Below are positions 1 to 10,360 of a DNA stretch of 64,000 nucleotides, piece by piece. The position numbers were made by a program, and so were the translations under genes. The notes under the pieces are model-generated. The model ran no database searches, was not told the DNA's origin, and worked only from the letters and a program-made list of their open reading frames with translations. This stretch comes from Candidatus Minusculum obligatum (GTDB lineage Bacteria > Patescibacteriota > Minisyncoccia > Phycocordibacterales > Phycocordibacteraceae), in contig CP174360.1 in NCBI GenBank assembly GCA_045401155.1, positions 513,490 through 577,489 of the forward strand. Reading direction: 5' to 3'. The stretch's first letter is position 1, and the number at the start of each line of letters is the position of its first letter.

Positions 1-2258
1 TTCTCGTGATCTTCACTTTCATGTGTAGCAAATCCAATTGAACTCATGCGATCAATAAATTCTGCTCCTACATTTGAGGTAAGAATCACAATTGTATTCT
101 TAAAGTTTACCTTTCTTCCCTTTCCATCTGTAAGGTGACCACTATCAAGTACCTGAAGAAGAATATTAAATACCTCAGGATGCGCCTTCTCAATCTCATC
201 AAATAGAATTACTGAGTATGGACGATGCCGCACCTTCTCTGTAAGAGTTCCACTCTCTTCATGTCCAACGTATCCAGGAGGCGCTCCCACCATCTTAGAT
301 ACTGAGTGCTTCTCCATAAACTCACTCATATCTACACGAATAAGGTTATCCGGATCATTAAACATGAACTCAGCAAGACGCCGTGCAAGCTCTGTCTTAC
401 CAACTCCTGTTGGCCCGAGGAACATAAATGAACCAATTGGTCGGTTAGGATCTGAAATTCCCACACGTGAGCGCTTCACTGCATTTGAAATAGCTTCGAT
501 AGCCTCATCCTGTCCAACGATGTTATCTTTAAGCGCCACTTCCATACGTGCAAGCTTCTCAGCCTCTTCTTCAAGCATTTTTGAAACAGGAACTCCAGTC
601 CAGCGAGAAACCACTGATGCAATATCCGCTTCAGTAACCTCTTCTTTTAGAATACGTCGAGACTTTTGAAGTGTCTTCATGCGCTTCATTTTTGCCTCAA
701 GCTCCTTTTGCACCTCTGGAATCTGCCCATATCTAATCTCAGCAGCTGTTCCAAGATCTGCAACAGCCTCAGCATTATCCGCCTTTACCTTAAGCTCATC
801 GAGCTGATTTTTCATTGCACGAATAGACTCAAGCACTTCTTTCTCATTCTTCCACTTAAGCTCAAGCTCACTTGTCTTCTCCCGAAGATTAGCAATTTCT
901 TTCTCTACCTTTCGGATACGAGTATTAATTTGCTTCTTCGTATCATCATCTTCCAGATCCTTTTCAAGCGCTGCTTTTTCAATCTCAAGACGCCGAATCT
1001 TTCGGTCAGTGTCCTCAAGCTCAGCGGGCTTATTCTCAAGCGCAATACGAAGTGTAGATCCTGATTCATCAATAAGGTCAACTGCCTTATCTGGAAGATA
1101 TCGCTCAGTAAGATAACGAGAAGAAAGTTCTACTGCCGCGACAATCGCATCATCTGTAATACGCACGCCATGATATAGCTCATACTTGTCTCGAAGACCT
1201 CGAAGAATTGCAATCGCATCTTCAATACTTGGTTCATGCACATATACGGGCTGAAAACGCCGTGTAAGTGCCCCGTCTTTTTCAATATATTTTTGATACT
1301 CCTTGAGCGTAGTTGCACCAATGGTTCTAATCTCACCCCGGGCAAGCGCCGGCTTTAACATCTCACTTGCACTTACCGCACCTTCAGCGGAACCTGCACC
1401 TACAAGCGTGTGAAGCTCATCAATAAACAGAAGCACCTTTCCTTCAGATTTTTCAACCTCTTTCATGATGTTTTTCATGCGATCTTCAAACTCTCCACGG
1501 TACTTTGTTCCCGCAATCATCATTCCCAAATCAAGAGAAAGAAGCTCCTTCTCTTTTAAGGACTCTGGAATGTCTCCACTTGCAATACGCTGTGCCAAAC
1601 CTTCTGCGATAGCAGTCTTTCCAACTCCTGCCTCTCCAATGAGTACTGGATTATTTTTTGTACGCCTTGAAAGAATCTGGATCACACGATTAATTTCTTC
1701 ATCTCGCCCAATAACAGGATCAAGCTTATTCTCTTGCGCCATTTGCGTAAGGTTCCGTGTGTATTTAGTTAGTGCGCGGAACTTCTTTGGAGCTTCTACC
1801 TCTCCATCATTATTTTGCTTAATCTCAGTAAGTACTGAAAGCACCGTCTCCTGGTCAATCTTAAATCGATTAAGCAGCTCTTGCGCCTGTCCTGGATTCT
1901 CAATAAGCGCTACAAATAAATGCTCGGTGCCAATGAAAGAATCTCCAAGGTCTGCAGCAATAGCGCCAGCACTCTCAAGAGCCTGTGCTAGATCAGGAGT
2001 TAGATACAACTGGTAACTTGGAGAGAGTGTTGAGGAGCTTTCAGGAGACTCGAGCATCTCAAGCAAAGAGTCTGCAAGCAAAATGGCATCAATGTCCATT
2101 CGATCGAGCATTGAAAATACGAGACTCTCTTCTTGTAATACAAGTGCAGCTAAAAGATGCGCTGGGTTTACATGATTTTGCCCACGCTCAATAGCAAGCT
2201 CGTGCGCCTTACGCACCGCTTCCTTTGCTTTTGTTGTGAAATTCTTAAATGGTTGCAT
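1..2258 (-). CDS. clpB: ATP-dependent chaperone ClpB (3' end runs off window)
   Basis: Manually translated (not in ORF track): starts MQPFKNFTTKAKEAVRKAHELA; two Walker A motifs GEAGVGKT and GPTGVGKT; coiled-coil middle domain. Confidence 0.93.
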   Translation of the reverse strand, partial: MQPFKNFTTKAKEAVRKAHELAIERGQNHVNPAHLLAALVLQEESLVFSMLDRMDIDAILLADSLLEMLESPESSSTLSPSYQLYLTPDLAQALESAGAIAADLGDSFIGTEHLFVALIENPGQAQELLNRFKIDQETVLSVLTEIKQNNDGEVEAPKKFRALTKYTRNLTQMAQENKLDPVIGRDEEINRVIQILSRRTKNNPVLIGEAGVGKTAIAEGLAQRIASGDIPESLKEKELLSLDLGMMIAGTKYRGEFEDRMKNIMKEVEKSEGKVLLFIDELHTLVGAGSAEGAVSASEMLKPALARGEIRTIGATTLKEYQKYIEKDGALTRRFQPVYVHEPSIEDAIAILRGLRDKYELYHGVRITDDAIVAAVELSSRYLTERYLPDKAVDLIDESGSTLRIALENKPAELEDTDRKIRRLEIEKAALEKDLEDDDTKKQINTRIRKVEKEIANLREKTSELELKWKNEKEVLESIRAMKNQLDELKVKADNAEAVADLGTAAEIRYGQIPEVQKELEAKMKRMKTLQKSRRILKEEVTEADIASVVSRWTGVPVSKMLEEEAEKLARMEVALKDNIVGQDEAIEAISNAVKRSRVGISDPNRPIGSFMFLGPTGVGKTELARRLAEFMFNDPDNLIRVDMSEFMEKHSVSKMVGAPPGYVGHEESGTLTEKVRHRPYSVILFDEIEKAHPEVFNILLQVLDSGHLTDGKGRKVNFKNTIVILTSNVGAEFIDRMSSIGFATHESEDHE

Positions 2259-3054
2259 TTTCTTCTTCAGGTTCTTCCGAAGACGTGAATGCATTTAGTA
2301 CAGAAACAATTTCATCGGCACTTATAAACCGTGCTCCTGATCCTTCTGCAACTTTTACGTGCATTCCAATTATGTCTCCGAGCGTTGTAATAAGTGTTGT
2401 TCCATACGGAAGTCTTGATTGTGCAATATTTGTATCAATATTTGCTCCCGTAATCAGTGAGACGATACCTGTCTCAACTGCCCCCTTCTTTGCAAGTGCA
2501 AAGACACTCTGTCCTCGACGAACGTTCTCCATGCTTGCAAACTCATATCCCGTAATCTTAGGCAGCACCTGCCCTTCTTTCAAGACCGGTTGCAATAGTG
2601 CCACTCCATTCTCTGCCTCATCTACCACCTCTGCTGAAACCACAGTTCCTTCATGGAAGGCAATGAGTAGATTCTCTTTCTGCACCCCATCAACTCCAGT
2701 TGCGATAAGCCCTTGCTTTGGCAAGAACAGACCTGATGCAATTGCTGGAGTTGTAGTTGCTGCAGAGTAGATTGAAACAACGCGTGGTGCATGTGCTTGC
2801 ACAGAATCTCCTAGCACATCTTCTTCCTTTACCACCACGGTTGTCTCTCGAGTAACAACAGCTGCTCCACCACCCTCCACTTGCTCAACCTTCTCAATTG
2901 TTCGTTCAACTACACGGTTTACAGTCTGCGTAACAGTCTGTGGAGTCTCCTCCAAAAGACTTACAGTTAATACTCCAGTTGCAGTTGAAGTAACAAACGA
3001 TACAAGAAGCGTTAGAAGTAAAAGTTGTGATTTTGAGAGCTGTTCGATATCCAT
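2245..3054 (-). CDS. Membrane-anchored trypsin-like (HtrA-like fold) protein, catalytic motifs degenerate
   Basis: N-terminal TM helix, then VVSIY...SGLF and GDIIGM resembling the S1C protease fold; no GNSGG motif. Confidence 0.55.
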   Translation of the reverse strand: MDIEQLSKSQLLLLTLLVSFVTSTATGVLTVSLLEETPQTVTQTVNRVVERTIEKVEQVEGGGAAVVTRETTVVVKEEDVLGDSVQAHAPRVVSIYSAATTTPAIASGLFLPKQGLIATGVDGVQKENLLIAFHEGTVVSAEVVDEAENGVALLQPVLKEGQVLPKITGYEFASMENVRRGQSVFALAKKGAVETGIVSLITGANIDTNIAQSRLPYGTTLITTLGDIIGMHVKVAEGSGARFISADEIVSVLNAFTSSEEPEEENATI

Positions 3055-3142
3055 ATCCTAAGTATACGAAGCAAGCGAAAGAAAGACAAATTACAACGCT
3101 TGAACTAATAGAAATGTACGACTAATCACTACCTAGGTCAAC

Positions 3143-4795
3143 CTATTTTTCTTTTTCAAAATCAAGATACGCGAATGGGTCCACATCACCTCGAAGCACT
3201 TTCTTTCCTGGATTAAAAATATCTATCGGGTCCATTATTTTCTCTACTTTTTCAAAGAGATCCATCATCTCACTACCGAACATACGCTCTACATACGGAG
3301 TACGCACATATCCATCATTGTGCTCTCCTGAGATTGATCCATTGTATGAGAGCACTAACTCATATACACGCTCGCTCATCTCCTCAATAATTTGCCGAGC
3401 ATCTTTCCTCTTAGGATCCATAAGTGGAATGATATGGAAATTCCCATCCCCCACATGACCTGCAATTGTATACGTAAGGTCATACTCATTAAGAATTGCA
3501 TTTAACTTCGGAAGAAATTCCGTAAGTGTCTTTGGTGGCACCACAAAGTCTTCAATAAATGGCGCAGTTCGCTTCCCGCGCACCTTTTTGCGCAGCAAGT
3601 TAAAACTCTCTCGACGTACGGTCCAGTATTTTTGTGCAGCCTTTTTGTCTTTTGCAAAAAATGTTCCAATCTCTTTATTATCTTTTTTAATCTCCTCAAG
3701 AAGCTTCTTTGCTTTCTCTTGTACTTCTTTTTGATCATGAGACGTAAACTCAACCAAAAGCACAAGCTTGGGCACTCCTGATGTAAGAAGTCGTATAACC
3801 TCAGGAAGAAAAGAGATCCCTAGAGAAATAATGTTACTTCGCATCTGCACCGCAAACTCTGGAAAGTACTTTGTCGCAAGTTTAAATGTGTTGTCATCGT
3901 ATGACTCAAATGAATCTGGAGCGTGTTTTAAAATCTTTGGAATAAGAGATCCAAGATCATTTAGATCTTTTACAAAGAACACTGCCATCGAAGACTTTTC
4001 CTTTGGTGGAATAAGTGCAAACTTTATCTTCGTCACAATTCCCATGGTTCCCTGACTTCCAACTAAAAGCCGTGCAAGATTTAGAGAATGGGACCCATCT
4101 CCAATGTCCCAAAGCGCATACCCTGAAGAGTTCTTCTCTACTCCGGGCTTCTTCTTCTCAATAAGATCTTTATTCTCCGCTATAAGATTTCCAATCTCTC
4201 TATAGAGCGCACCCTCAAACGTATCTTCTTTTTTCTTTTGAGAGAGAAGGTCTCCTTCTAGATTTTTAAATGTATATACCTCTCCATCTGCAAGCACCAC
4301 CTCAAGCTCTTTTACGTATCGTGCCGTCTTCCCATATTTTAAATTCTTCTCACCCCCTGAATCATTTCCAACCATTCCTCCCACTGTACAAATTTCTCGA
4401 GATGCCGTGTATGAAGGGAGCTCAAGATTATGTTTTTTGGACTCTCTATCGAAATCTCTGAAATATACTCCCGGTTCTACGTACGCAAAATCATCCCCAA
4501 ATGCCAAAATCTTTGAAAAATGCGGAAGCATATCAACCACAATTGAATCAGTAAGCGGTCCACCACTCATATCAGTCCCTGCAGCTCGAGGTGTGAGATC
4601 TATGTCTCTACCCTTTTCTTTTTCTGCTTTTACAAAACGAACAAGCTTCTGCAGATCCTCTACATTTTTAGGAGCAACAACTACAGACGGCTTACGTACA
4701 AAAAGGCTCGCATCTCGACTATATTTTTCTAACGTTTCTTTTGAGTCATCAACATCTCCGTCGATGACATTTTTGAGTTCCTCGGCAAGAGTCAT
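3143..4795 (-). CDS. FAD-binding oxidoreductase (GlcD/D-lactate dehydrogenase, VAO family)
   Basis: PRAAGTDMSGG FAD motif, GHVGDGNFH, GSISGEHNDG, FNPGK C-terminus; start set at MTLAEEL. Confidence 0.88.
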   Translation of the reverse strand: MTLAEELKNVIDGDVDDSKETLEKYSRDASLFVRKPSVVVAPKNVEDLQKLVRFVKAEKEKGRDIDLTPRAAGTDMSGGPLTDSIVVDMLPHFSKILAFGDDFAYVEPGVYFRDFDRESKKHNLELPSYTASREICTVGGMVGNDSGGEKNLKYGKTARYVKELEVVLADGEVYTFKNLEGDLLSQKKKEDTFEGALYREIGNLIAENKDLIEKKKPGVEKNSSGYALWDIGDGSHSLNLARLLVGSQGTMGIVTKIKFALIPPKEKSSMAVFFVKDLNDLGSLIPKILKHAPDSFESYDDNTFKLATKYFPEFAVQMRSNIISLGISFLPEVIRLLTSGVPKLVLLVEFTSHDQKEVQEKAKKLLEEIKKDNKEIGTFFAKDKKAAQKYWTVRRESFNLLRKKVRGKRTAPFIEDFVVPPKTLTEFLPKLNAILNEYDLTYTIAGHVGDGNFHIIPLMDPKRKDARQIIEEMSERVYELVLSYNGSISGEHNDGYVRTPYVERMFGSEMMDLFEKVEKIMDPIDIFNPGKKVLRGDVDPFAYLDFEKEK

Positions 4796-4816
4796 ATGCC
4801 GAAATTGTATCACGCT

Positions 4817-5998
4817 CTATAGGAAGGCTTTCCCTTCTTCATCTAGAAATGCGACGCATTTAATAAGTGCCGCAACAAATGCTTCCATATCTTTTTTCTT
4901 TGTATCTGGCCCAAGCGTAATACGAAGCGTAGAAAGCGCCCTTCCCTCATCTTGTGTTAGTACACGTACAACATCTGAGCCTTTACCTGCTCCTGAGTCA
5001 CAGGTAATCTTGGTTGAAACCGCAAACCCTTCTTTATCTAAAAGTGCTGCAAGGTACTCACTGTCTCGTCCCACAAATGACATATTTATATTATTTGGGC
5101 TTCGTTCTTCTTTATCTCCATTTAAAAATACATTTGAAATATTCTTTTCAATTTCATTGATCGTCCAATTCCGCAAAAGTGCGATTTCTTCTGCACGCTT
5201 CTCGTATAATTTCTGAGCCTTCTTTAAAGCCTCTGCAAACCCAACTGCAAGAAACACGTTCTCTGTACCTGGCCTATACCCCCACTCTTGCTTCCCTCCA
5301 AACACAATTGGAAAAAGTTCTACATTTTTTTTCTTTATCAAAACGCCACTACCTCGTGGTCCACCAAACTTTTGTCCATCTAGCACGAGCATGTCGACAC
5401 CCACACGCTCCATAAGCACTGAGTGGAATAGTGCAGCTTGAGCAGCATCTGCATGCACCGCGATACTTTCATTATATTTTGCAACCACCTTCTTTATCTT
5501 CCGAAGCGGCATCACGGTACCAATCTCACTATTTACATACTGTACTGATACGAGCACTGTTTTATCCTGGAGCTCTTTCTCAATACTCTCTGGGGTAATG
5601 ATTCCTGCTTCATTTGGGAATACCACGCTCACATGCACACCCTTCTCCTTAAGCGCCTCAATGCTCTTAAGTACATTTACATGCTCAATAGCAGAAGTGA
5701 TTACGTGCATATCTTTATATGTACGCCCTTTTTTCTTTAATCCTTCAATGTGCCCGATAATGGCAAGTGTGTTTGCTTCAGTTGCTCCTGACGCAAAGAT
5801 AATCTCCTCAGGTTTTACCTTAAGTGCGTCTGCGACAGATCTACGCGCTTCTTCAAGCACTTCTTTCGCCTCTCTGCCTTCGGTGTGATTTGCACCAGGA
5901 TTTCCATACACATCGAGCATGTACGGACGCATCTTTAAAAACACGTCTTTATCCATTGGCATGGCACTCGCGTAATCTAAATAGACTCTCTTCTTCAT
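4817..5998 (-). CDS. iscS: Cysteine desulfurase (IscS/NifS family)
   Basis: VYLDYAS, SGATEAN, HADAAQA, QKFGGPRG (PLP Lys), RPGTEN, catalytic-loop Cys; start set at MKKRVYLD. Confidence 0.88.
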   Translation of the reverse strand: MKKRVYLDYASAMPMDKDVFLKMRPYMLDVYGNPGANHTEGREAKEVLEEARRSVADALKVKPEEIIFASGATEANTLAIIGHIEGLKKKGRTYKDMHVITSAIEHVNVLKSIEALKEKGVHVSVVFPNEAGIITPESIEKELQDKTVLVSVQYVNSEIGTVMPLRKIKKVVAKYNESIAVHADAAQAALFHSVLMERVGVDMLVLDGQKFGGPRGSGVLIKKKNVELFPIVFGGKQEWGYRPGTENVFLAVGFAEALKKAQKLYEKRAEEIALLRNWTINEIEKNISNVFLNGDKEERSPNNINMSFVGRDSEYLAALLDKEGFAVSTKITCDSGAGKGSDVVRVLTQDEGRALSTLRITLGPDTKKKDMEAFVAALIKCVAFLDEEGKAFL

Positions 5999-6055
5999 AT
6001 ATATTGTTGTACGCTCTTGTTTGCAAAAGAGCAAGTAAGCGACTACCATAGCTCC

Positions 6056-6541
6056 ATGACTGAGCTTTTTGGATTTTCTATCACTGCCGAGATGATGATC
6101 ACCGCACTTGCGGGACTTTTTATCTTGAATCTTATTCTTCTGACGCTTGTAATTGTTCTCTTTGTTCGCCTTGGAAAAGTGTTTAAAGGAAAAGGTGCGC
6201 AAAACTTTGAAGATGTGATCGCAACACTTGTAAAACACAAGGGTTCTGTAGAGGAATTTCAAAAAGAAGTGGTAAAAACATTTGAAAACCACAAACTCCG
6301 TATTGCAAAGTCCATTAAAAACCCAGAAGTACTACGCTTTGACGCCTTTCACGGCACAGGCGAAGGTGGGAAGCAAAGTTTTGCTACCGCGCTTGTAAGT
6401 GAAGATGGTAATGGTATGGTGCTCTCAAGCCTATATATGCGCGATAAAATGCGCATCTACGCAAAGCCAATTACTGGCTTTACCTCAACCTTTGAACTCA
6501 CTGAAGAGGAGCAACAGGCACTAGCTAATGCAAAGAAATAA
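6056..6541 (+). CDS. DUF4446-like membrane-anchored protein
   Basis: N-terminal TM; RFDAF..GGKQSFA.AL..GNG.VLSS..RIYAKPI pattern. Confidence 0.7.
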   Translation: MTELFGFSITAEMMITALAGLFILNLILLTLVIVLFVRLGKVFKGKGAQNFEDVIATLVKHKGSVEEFQKEVVKTFENHKLRIAKSIKNPEVLRFDAFHGTGEGGKQSFATALVSEDGNGMVLSSLYMRDKMRIYAKPITGFTSTFELTEEEQQALANAKK

Positions 6542-6542
6542 T

Positions 6543-8030
6543 ATGAGCGACAAAAATACAGTACGACCTCCAGTAGTAGCCGTAATGGGACACATTGACC
6601 ACGGTAAGTCTTCACTGCTTGATTACATTCGTAAAAGTAACATCGTAGAAGGAGAAGCAGGCGGTATCACCCAGCATGTTTCAGCATATGAAGTACTACA
6701 CAGTACTGATGATGGAGAGAAAAAGATTACCTTCCTTGATACACCAGGACATGAAGCCTTCCAGGCAATGCGCTCAAGTGGAGCAACCATTGCAGACATT
6801 GCCATTCTTGTTGTTGCTGCAGATGACGGTGTAAAACCTCAAACCCTTGAGGCGCTTGCTGCAATTAAAGATGCATCTATTCCCTACATTGTCGCTATCA
6901 CAAAAACAGATAAGCCAGATGCAAATATAGAGAAAGTAAAGACATCTCTACTTGAGAATGAGATCTATCTTGAGGGACTTGGAGGAGATGTGCCGTACAC
7001 TCCAGTATCTTCTAAGACTGGAGATGGTATTCCTGAACTTCTTGATCTTATTCTTCTTGCAGCAGACCTGCAGGAGCTTACGGGAGATGCCTCAGCTCCA
7101 GCTGAAGGTATTGTGCTTGAAGCTACACGAGATAAGCAGCGTGGAGACTCAGCGACACTTATCATCAAGAACGGAAGCCTCTCTACTGGATCATTTATCG
7201 TTGCAGGAAGCTCTATTGCCCCTGTACGCTTCATTGAGGACTTTATGGGAGAGCGCGTAGATTCTGCCACATTCTCTTCTCCTGTGCGCATTGTAGGCTT
7301 CTCAGAGCTACCTCCAGTTGGAGCTCTATTTACAACCGTAGATAAGAAGAAAGAGGCCGAGAAACTTGCAAAGGAAGGGGGTGTAACAATCGAGAAAGTC
7401 TCAATGGAGCAAAAGAGCGAGACTGGAGAAATTCTCCCTCTTATTATCAAAGCGGACGTGGCAGGAAGTATCCCAGCTATCGTACACGAGCTTGAAAAAA
7501 TCTCACACGACAATATCGGCATCAAGGTACTTGATAGCGGATTAGGAGCCATCAATGAAAACGATATTAAAACAGCCATTGCTGCTCCAAACGGAATCTG
7601 TGTAGGGTTTAATACAAAGATCGACTCAGCTGCAGCCGATCTTGCAGATCGCATGGAGATTGATGCAAAAACATTTACCATTATCTATGAGCTTGCTGAG
7701 TATGTAGAGGAAGTGCTAAATGCCCGCGCACCAAAAGTGAAAAAGGAAGAAATACTTGGACGAGCTAAGATTCTTCGACTCTTTAATAAAAATGGAAACA
7801 AGCAGGTGTTTGGAGGAAAAGTAAAAGAAGGAGAAATTAAGGTGAAGCACAATGTACGTGTATATCGTCGTGATGTGCTTCTTGGAGAAGGAAAACTTAC
7901 AAACCTTCAGAGTATGCGCGCAGATGTGGATAGCGTACCTACAGATACTGAGTTTGGAGCAGAAATTGAAAGTAAGGTTGAACTTGCTGAAGGAGACTAC
8001 ATTGAGGCGTATACTATAGTTGAATCATGA
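6543..8030 (+). CDS. infB: Translation initiation factor IF-2 (short, no N-terminal domains)
   Basis: [30 protein letters not shown]. Confidence 0.96.
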   Translation: MSDKNTVRPPVVAVMGHIDHGKSSLLDYIRKSNIVEGEAGGITQHVSAYEVLHSTDDGEKKITFLDTPGHEAFQAMRSSGATIADIAILVVAADDGVKPQTLEALAAIKDASIPYIVAITKTDKPDANIEKVKTSLLENEIYLEGLGGDVPYTPVSSKTGDGIPELLDLILLAADLQELTGDASAPAEGIVLEATRDKQRGDSATLIIKNGSLSTGSFIVAGSSIAPVRFIEDFMGERVDSATFSSPVRIVGFSELPPVGALFTTVDKKKEAEKLAKEGGVTIEKVSMEQKSETGEILPLIIKADVAGSIPAIVHELEKISHDNIGIKVLDSGLGAINENDIKTAIAAPNGICVGFNTKIDSAAADLADRMEIDAKTFTIIYELAEYVEEVLNARAPKVKKEEILGRAKILRLFNKNGNKQVFGGKVKEGEIKVKHNVRVYRRDVLLGEGKLTNLQSMRADVDSVPTDTEFGAEIESKVELAEGDYIEAYTIVES

Positions 8031-8350
8031 CCGAGAGACAGCAAAAGGTGCGCGAGGAGATCATCAAGATAAGTGGTGAGTTTATTGCTCGTGAAGCAAA
8101 CCGCAATAACCTCATCACAGTGACTGATGCAAACATTTCTCCTGACCTAAAGCAGGCAACCATTTTCATCAGTGTCTTTCCTACAGATAATGAAGAGGGT
8201 GCGCTTGCCTTCTTAAAGCGACACCGAAATGATTTTCGAAGTTTTGTAAAAAAGCGAATTTCATTTAAAGTACTTCCATTCGTTGATTTCAAGATTGATT
8301 ACGGGGAGAAAAATCGTCAACGAATTGATACACTCTCTTCGGAGGGGTAA
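8027..8350 (+). CDS. rbfA: Ribosome-binding factor A
   Basis: Follows infB with ATGA overlap; ITVTD..ISPDLKQA.IFIS motif. Confidence 0.88.
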   Translation: MTERQQKVREEIIKISGEFIAREANRNNLITVTDANISPDLKQATIFISVFPTDNEEGALAFLKRHRNDFRSFVKKRISFKVLPFVDFKIDYGEKNRQRIDTLSSEG

Positions 8351-8353
8351 GAT

Positions 8354-8425
8354 GGCCTGATGGCGAAGTGGTAACGCTGCGGTTTGCAAAACCGCCATGC
8401 GCGGGTTCGATTCCCGCTCAGGCCT
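8354..8425 (+). tRNA. tRNA-Cys(GCA)
   Basis: Acceptor GGCCTGA/TCAGGCC, anticodon arm GCGGT-TTGCAAA-ACCGC, GGTTCGATTCC. Confidence 0.95.
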
Positions 8426-8432
8426 CAATTTT

Positions 8433-8519
8433 GCCGGGATGGTGGAATTGGTAGACACGAGGGACTTAAACTCCCTTGATCAATTTATGATCGTGCGGGT
8501 TCGATTCCCGCTCCCGGCA
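8433..8519 (+). tRNA. tRNA-Leu(TAA)
   Basis: GCCGGGA acceptor, AGGGA-CTTAAAC-TCCCT, long variable arm. Confidence 0.95.
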
Positions 8520-8568
8520 CAAACATCTATTGCAAAATCTCGATAGTTCGATACTATCTCCCCTATAT

Positions 8569-8641
8569 CCGCCTATAGCTCAGCTGGTAGAGCAACTGCC
8601 TCTTAAGCAGTGGGTCCTAGGTTCGAGTCCTAGTGGGCGGA
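8569..8641 (+). tRNA. tRNA-Lys(CTT)
   Basis: TAGCTCAG D-arm, ACTGC-CTCTTAA-GCAGT, GGTTCGAGTCC. Confidence 0.95.
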
Positions 8642-8660
8642 CACGCATTTGCGTAGCCAC

Positions 8661-8742
8661 GGGGATGTGGCGGAATTGGTAGACGCGCTAGTCTTAGGAA
8701 CTAGTAGGGCAACCTGTGGGGGTTCAAGTCCCCCCATCCCCA
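8661..8742 (+). tRNA. tRNA-Leu(TAG)
   Basis: GGGGATG/CATCCCC, CTAGT-CTTAGGA-ACTAG, long variable arm. Confidence 0.95.
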
Positions 8743-8756
8743 CAAGTGTATGAATG

Positions 8757-8782
8757 AAGCCGCTTTATTAAGCGGTTTTATT
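8757..8782 (+). terminator. Intrinsic terminator after tRNA cluster
   Basis: AAGCCGCTT/AAGCGGTTT hairpin plus T tract. Confidence 0.7.
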
Positions 8783-8783
8783 C

Positions 8784-8811
8784 TTGACTATTGACATGTT
8801 TATGGTATAAT
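8784..8811 (+). promoter_or_regulatory. sigma70 promoter of SPFH operon
   Basis: TTGACT-N16-TATAAT with extended TG. Confidence 0.75.
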
Positions 8812-8868
8812 AAATCTAGACACGTTGTTTGTCATCAAAACCTAGCAAAACAGAAAGGGGGTTCCTCC

Positions 8869-9870
8869 ATGTGGTGGAGCACATCTCTTTGGATCACTGG
8901 AGGAGTCCTCCTCTTGCTGATCATCGCGTTTTTCCTTTCCAAGAAAGGAACTACGCTTTCATTGGCTGTTGGTGTCGCTTTTAGCGTCCTCATCGGTCTT
9001 CTCATCTATGGAACAATCATCTATGCGCTTCGGCTCGAGATGTTCGTTCCGTCTTGGTTCGCGCAAATAGCCGCTCAAGTCATAGCGGCGGCAGCTGGCT
9101 TTCAAGTCTATCGGTTTGGAAGCGTTCTTGTGCCCCTAAAGCACAAGGCCGTGATCACCATCTTCGAAGAACGTCGGGATGAATGTCCGACCCTCGAAGA
9201 AGGCGCTGCCTGGCTTTTCCCCGGATTCATGAATGCCATCGCGGTCGATGCTCGGAAGTTCAATATTGATATTCCGCCTTTTTTCGTCTTCACAGAAGAC
9301 CTTATTAAGGTGGAGCTCAATCTTTCGAGCATCCTCTCGGTTGAGTGCCCAAACAAATATCTAAATGTCGATGCTGCAGAAAATATGATTCAGCAGCTCG
9401 CACGGCGCGCAGCGCGTGCCTGCTCAAACGACATTGGCGTAAGAGACATTGTCAAGCAAGACGACAAGATCTCCACCGCCATTCATGAAGAAGTTCAGGG
9501 TATTGTCTCTGATTGGGGCCTGAAGGTCCACTATATCAAGGCGGAGAATATCACGCCGCCTGATGAGATCGCGATGGAAGCTCAGCGCAAAGTGATCGAA
9601 GAGATCCAGCGCGAGGCGGAAGAGTATGAGGCGGAAACGCTTCAGCGGAAAATTTCCATTCTCGTCGACAAGTTCGAAAAGTATGGAATGACGCCGGACA
9701 AGGCCGCAAACCTGATCCAAGCAGAATCCAGCAAGATCACGCGTACGGCGTTTGACCTTGAGGGCATTGACAGTGTTAATGTCCTTCAGGCAGTCATCGC
9801 TTTCGCCGAAGCTCTGAAGGGCAAGGGATCGAAAGATACTGCTGGTACGGAAGAGGAGAGTGCGTCATGA
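8869..9870 (+). CDS. SPFH/band-7 domain membrane protein
   Basis: About 3 N-terminal TMs; SPFH core (GAAWLFP, TEDLIKV, WGLKV...ITPP), then coiled coil; SD GAAAGGGGG before ATG 8869. Confidence 0.8.
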   Translation: MWWSTSLWITGGVLLLLIIAFFLSKKGTTLSLAVGVAFSVLIGLLIYGTIIYALRLEMFVPSWFAQIAAQVIAAAAGFQVYRFGSVLVPLKHKAVITIFEERRDECPTLEEGAAWLFPGFMNAIAVDARKFNIDIPPFFVFTEDLIKVELNLSSILSVECPNKYLNVDAAENMIQQLARRAARACSNDIGVRDIVKQDDKISTAIHEEVQGIVSDWGLKVHYIKAENITPPDEIAMEAQRKVIEEIQREAEEYEAETLQRKISILVDKFEKYGMTPDKAANLIQAESSKITRTAFDLEGIDSVNVLQAVIAFAEALKGKGSKDTAGTEEESAS

Positions 9871-10307
9871 GCATGCCAACATCCCGTGCCGTTGAACACG
9901 GCCGCAATGCAACACCGCGAATGCTCTGGCTCTGGCTCATCATCGCGGCAATCATCGTTGGAAACGGGATCTATCACGTTCAGAAAATCGAACGCTCTCC
10001 CCTTTCCCAGCTCGCGCAAACGTCGAGAGACGCTACTTCGTTACCTGCCCAAGATACACCATGGGAGAACCAGGTTCTTGCAGCCGGCGAAGATACCCGC
10101 ATTCAATATGTGCCTGGTGGCTACCGGGTCTGCGTCAGCTCCTGGAGCGATCGTCAACGGTACTTCTGGTACGATGACGATCTTGAAGGAGATCTGAGGC
10201 CCCATGGTGGCGGAGACGTGACCATTGAACGTTTCCAGTTTCGGAACAGTTCGGACAACGAACTCCCGGTCCGCTTTCGGCTCATACCGTATGCACAAAC
10301 TTGCTAG
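9867..10307 (+). CDS. Hypothetical single-TM protein coupled to SPFH gene
   Basis: ATGA overlap, GAGGAG SD, one TM helix. Confidence 0.7.
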   Translation: MSMPTSRAVEHGRNATPRMLWLWLIIAAIIVGNGIYHVQKIERSPLSQLAQTSRDATSLPAQDTPWENQVLAAGEDTRIQYVPGGYRVCVSSWSDRQRYFWYDDDLEGDLRPHGGGDVTIERFQFRNSSDNELPVRFRLIPYAQTC

Positions 10308-10321
10308 GTGTTGATACTAGC

Positions 10322-10360
10322 AAAACGGCGACCCCTCGGGGCCGCCGTTTTCTTTTTCTT
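10322..10360. terminator. Bidirectional intrinsic terminator
   Basis: AAAACGGCG...CGCCGTTTT between convergent genes. Confidence 0.75.

Noticed and set aside
364-2194. Plus-strand ORFs over clpB, and similar long antisense ORFs over gyrA, infB, groEL, lepA and others
   Set aside because: Shadow frames of well-supported genes on the opposite strand
5999-6292. N-terminal extensions in the ORF track (iscS; also nrdA, ftsA, bcp, VKOR, DUF1653)
   Set aside because: They overlap neighbouring genes or lack homology; downstream ATGs match family N-termini
9868-9870. TGA recoding (genetic code 25)
   Set aside because: TGA ends genes at the expected positions (infB, trxB, murB, nth) and no in-frame TGA interrupts conserved genes
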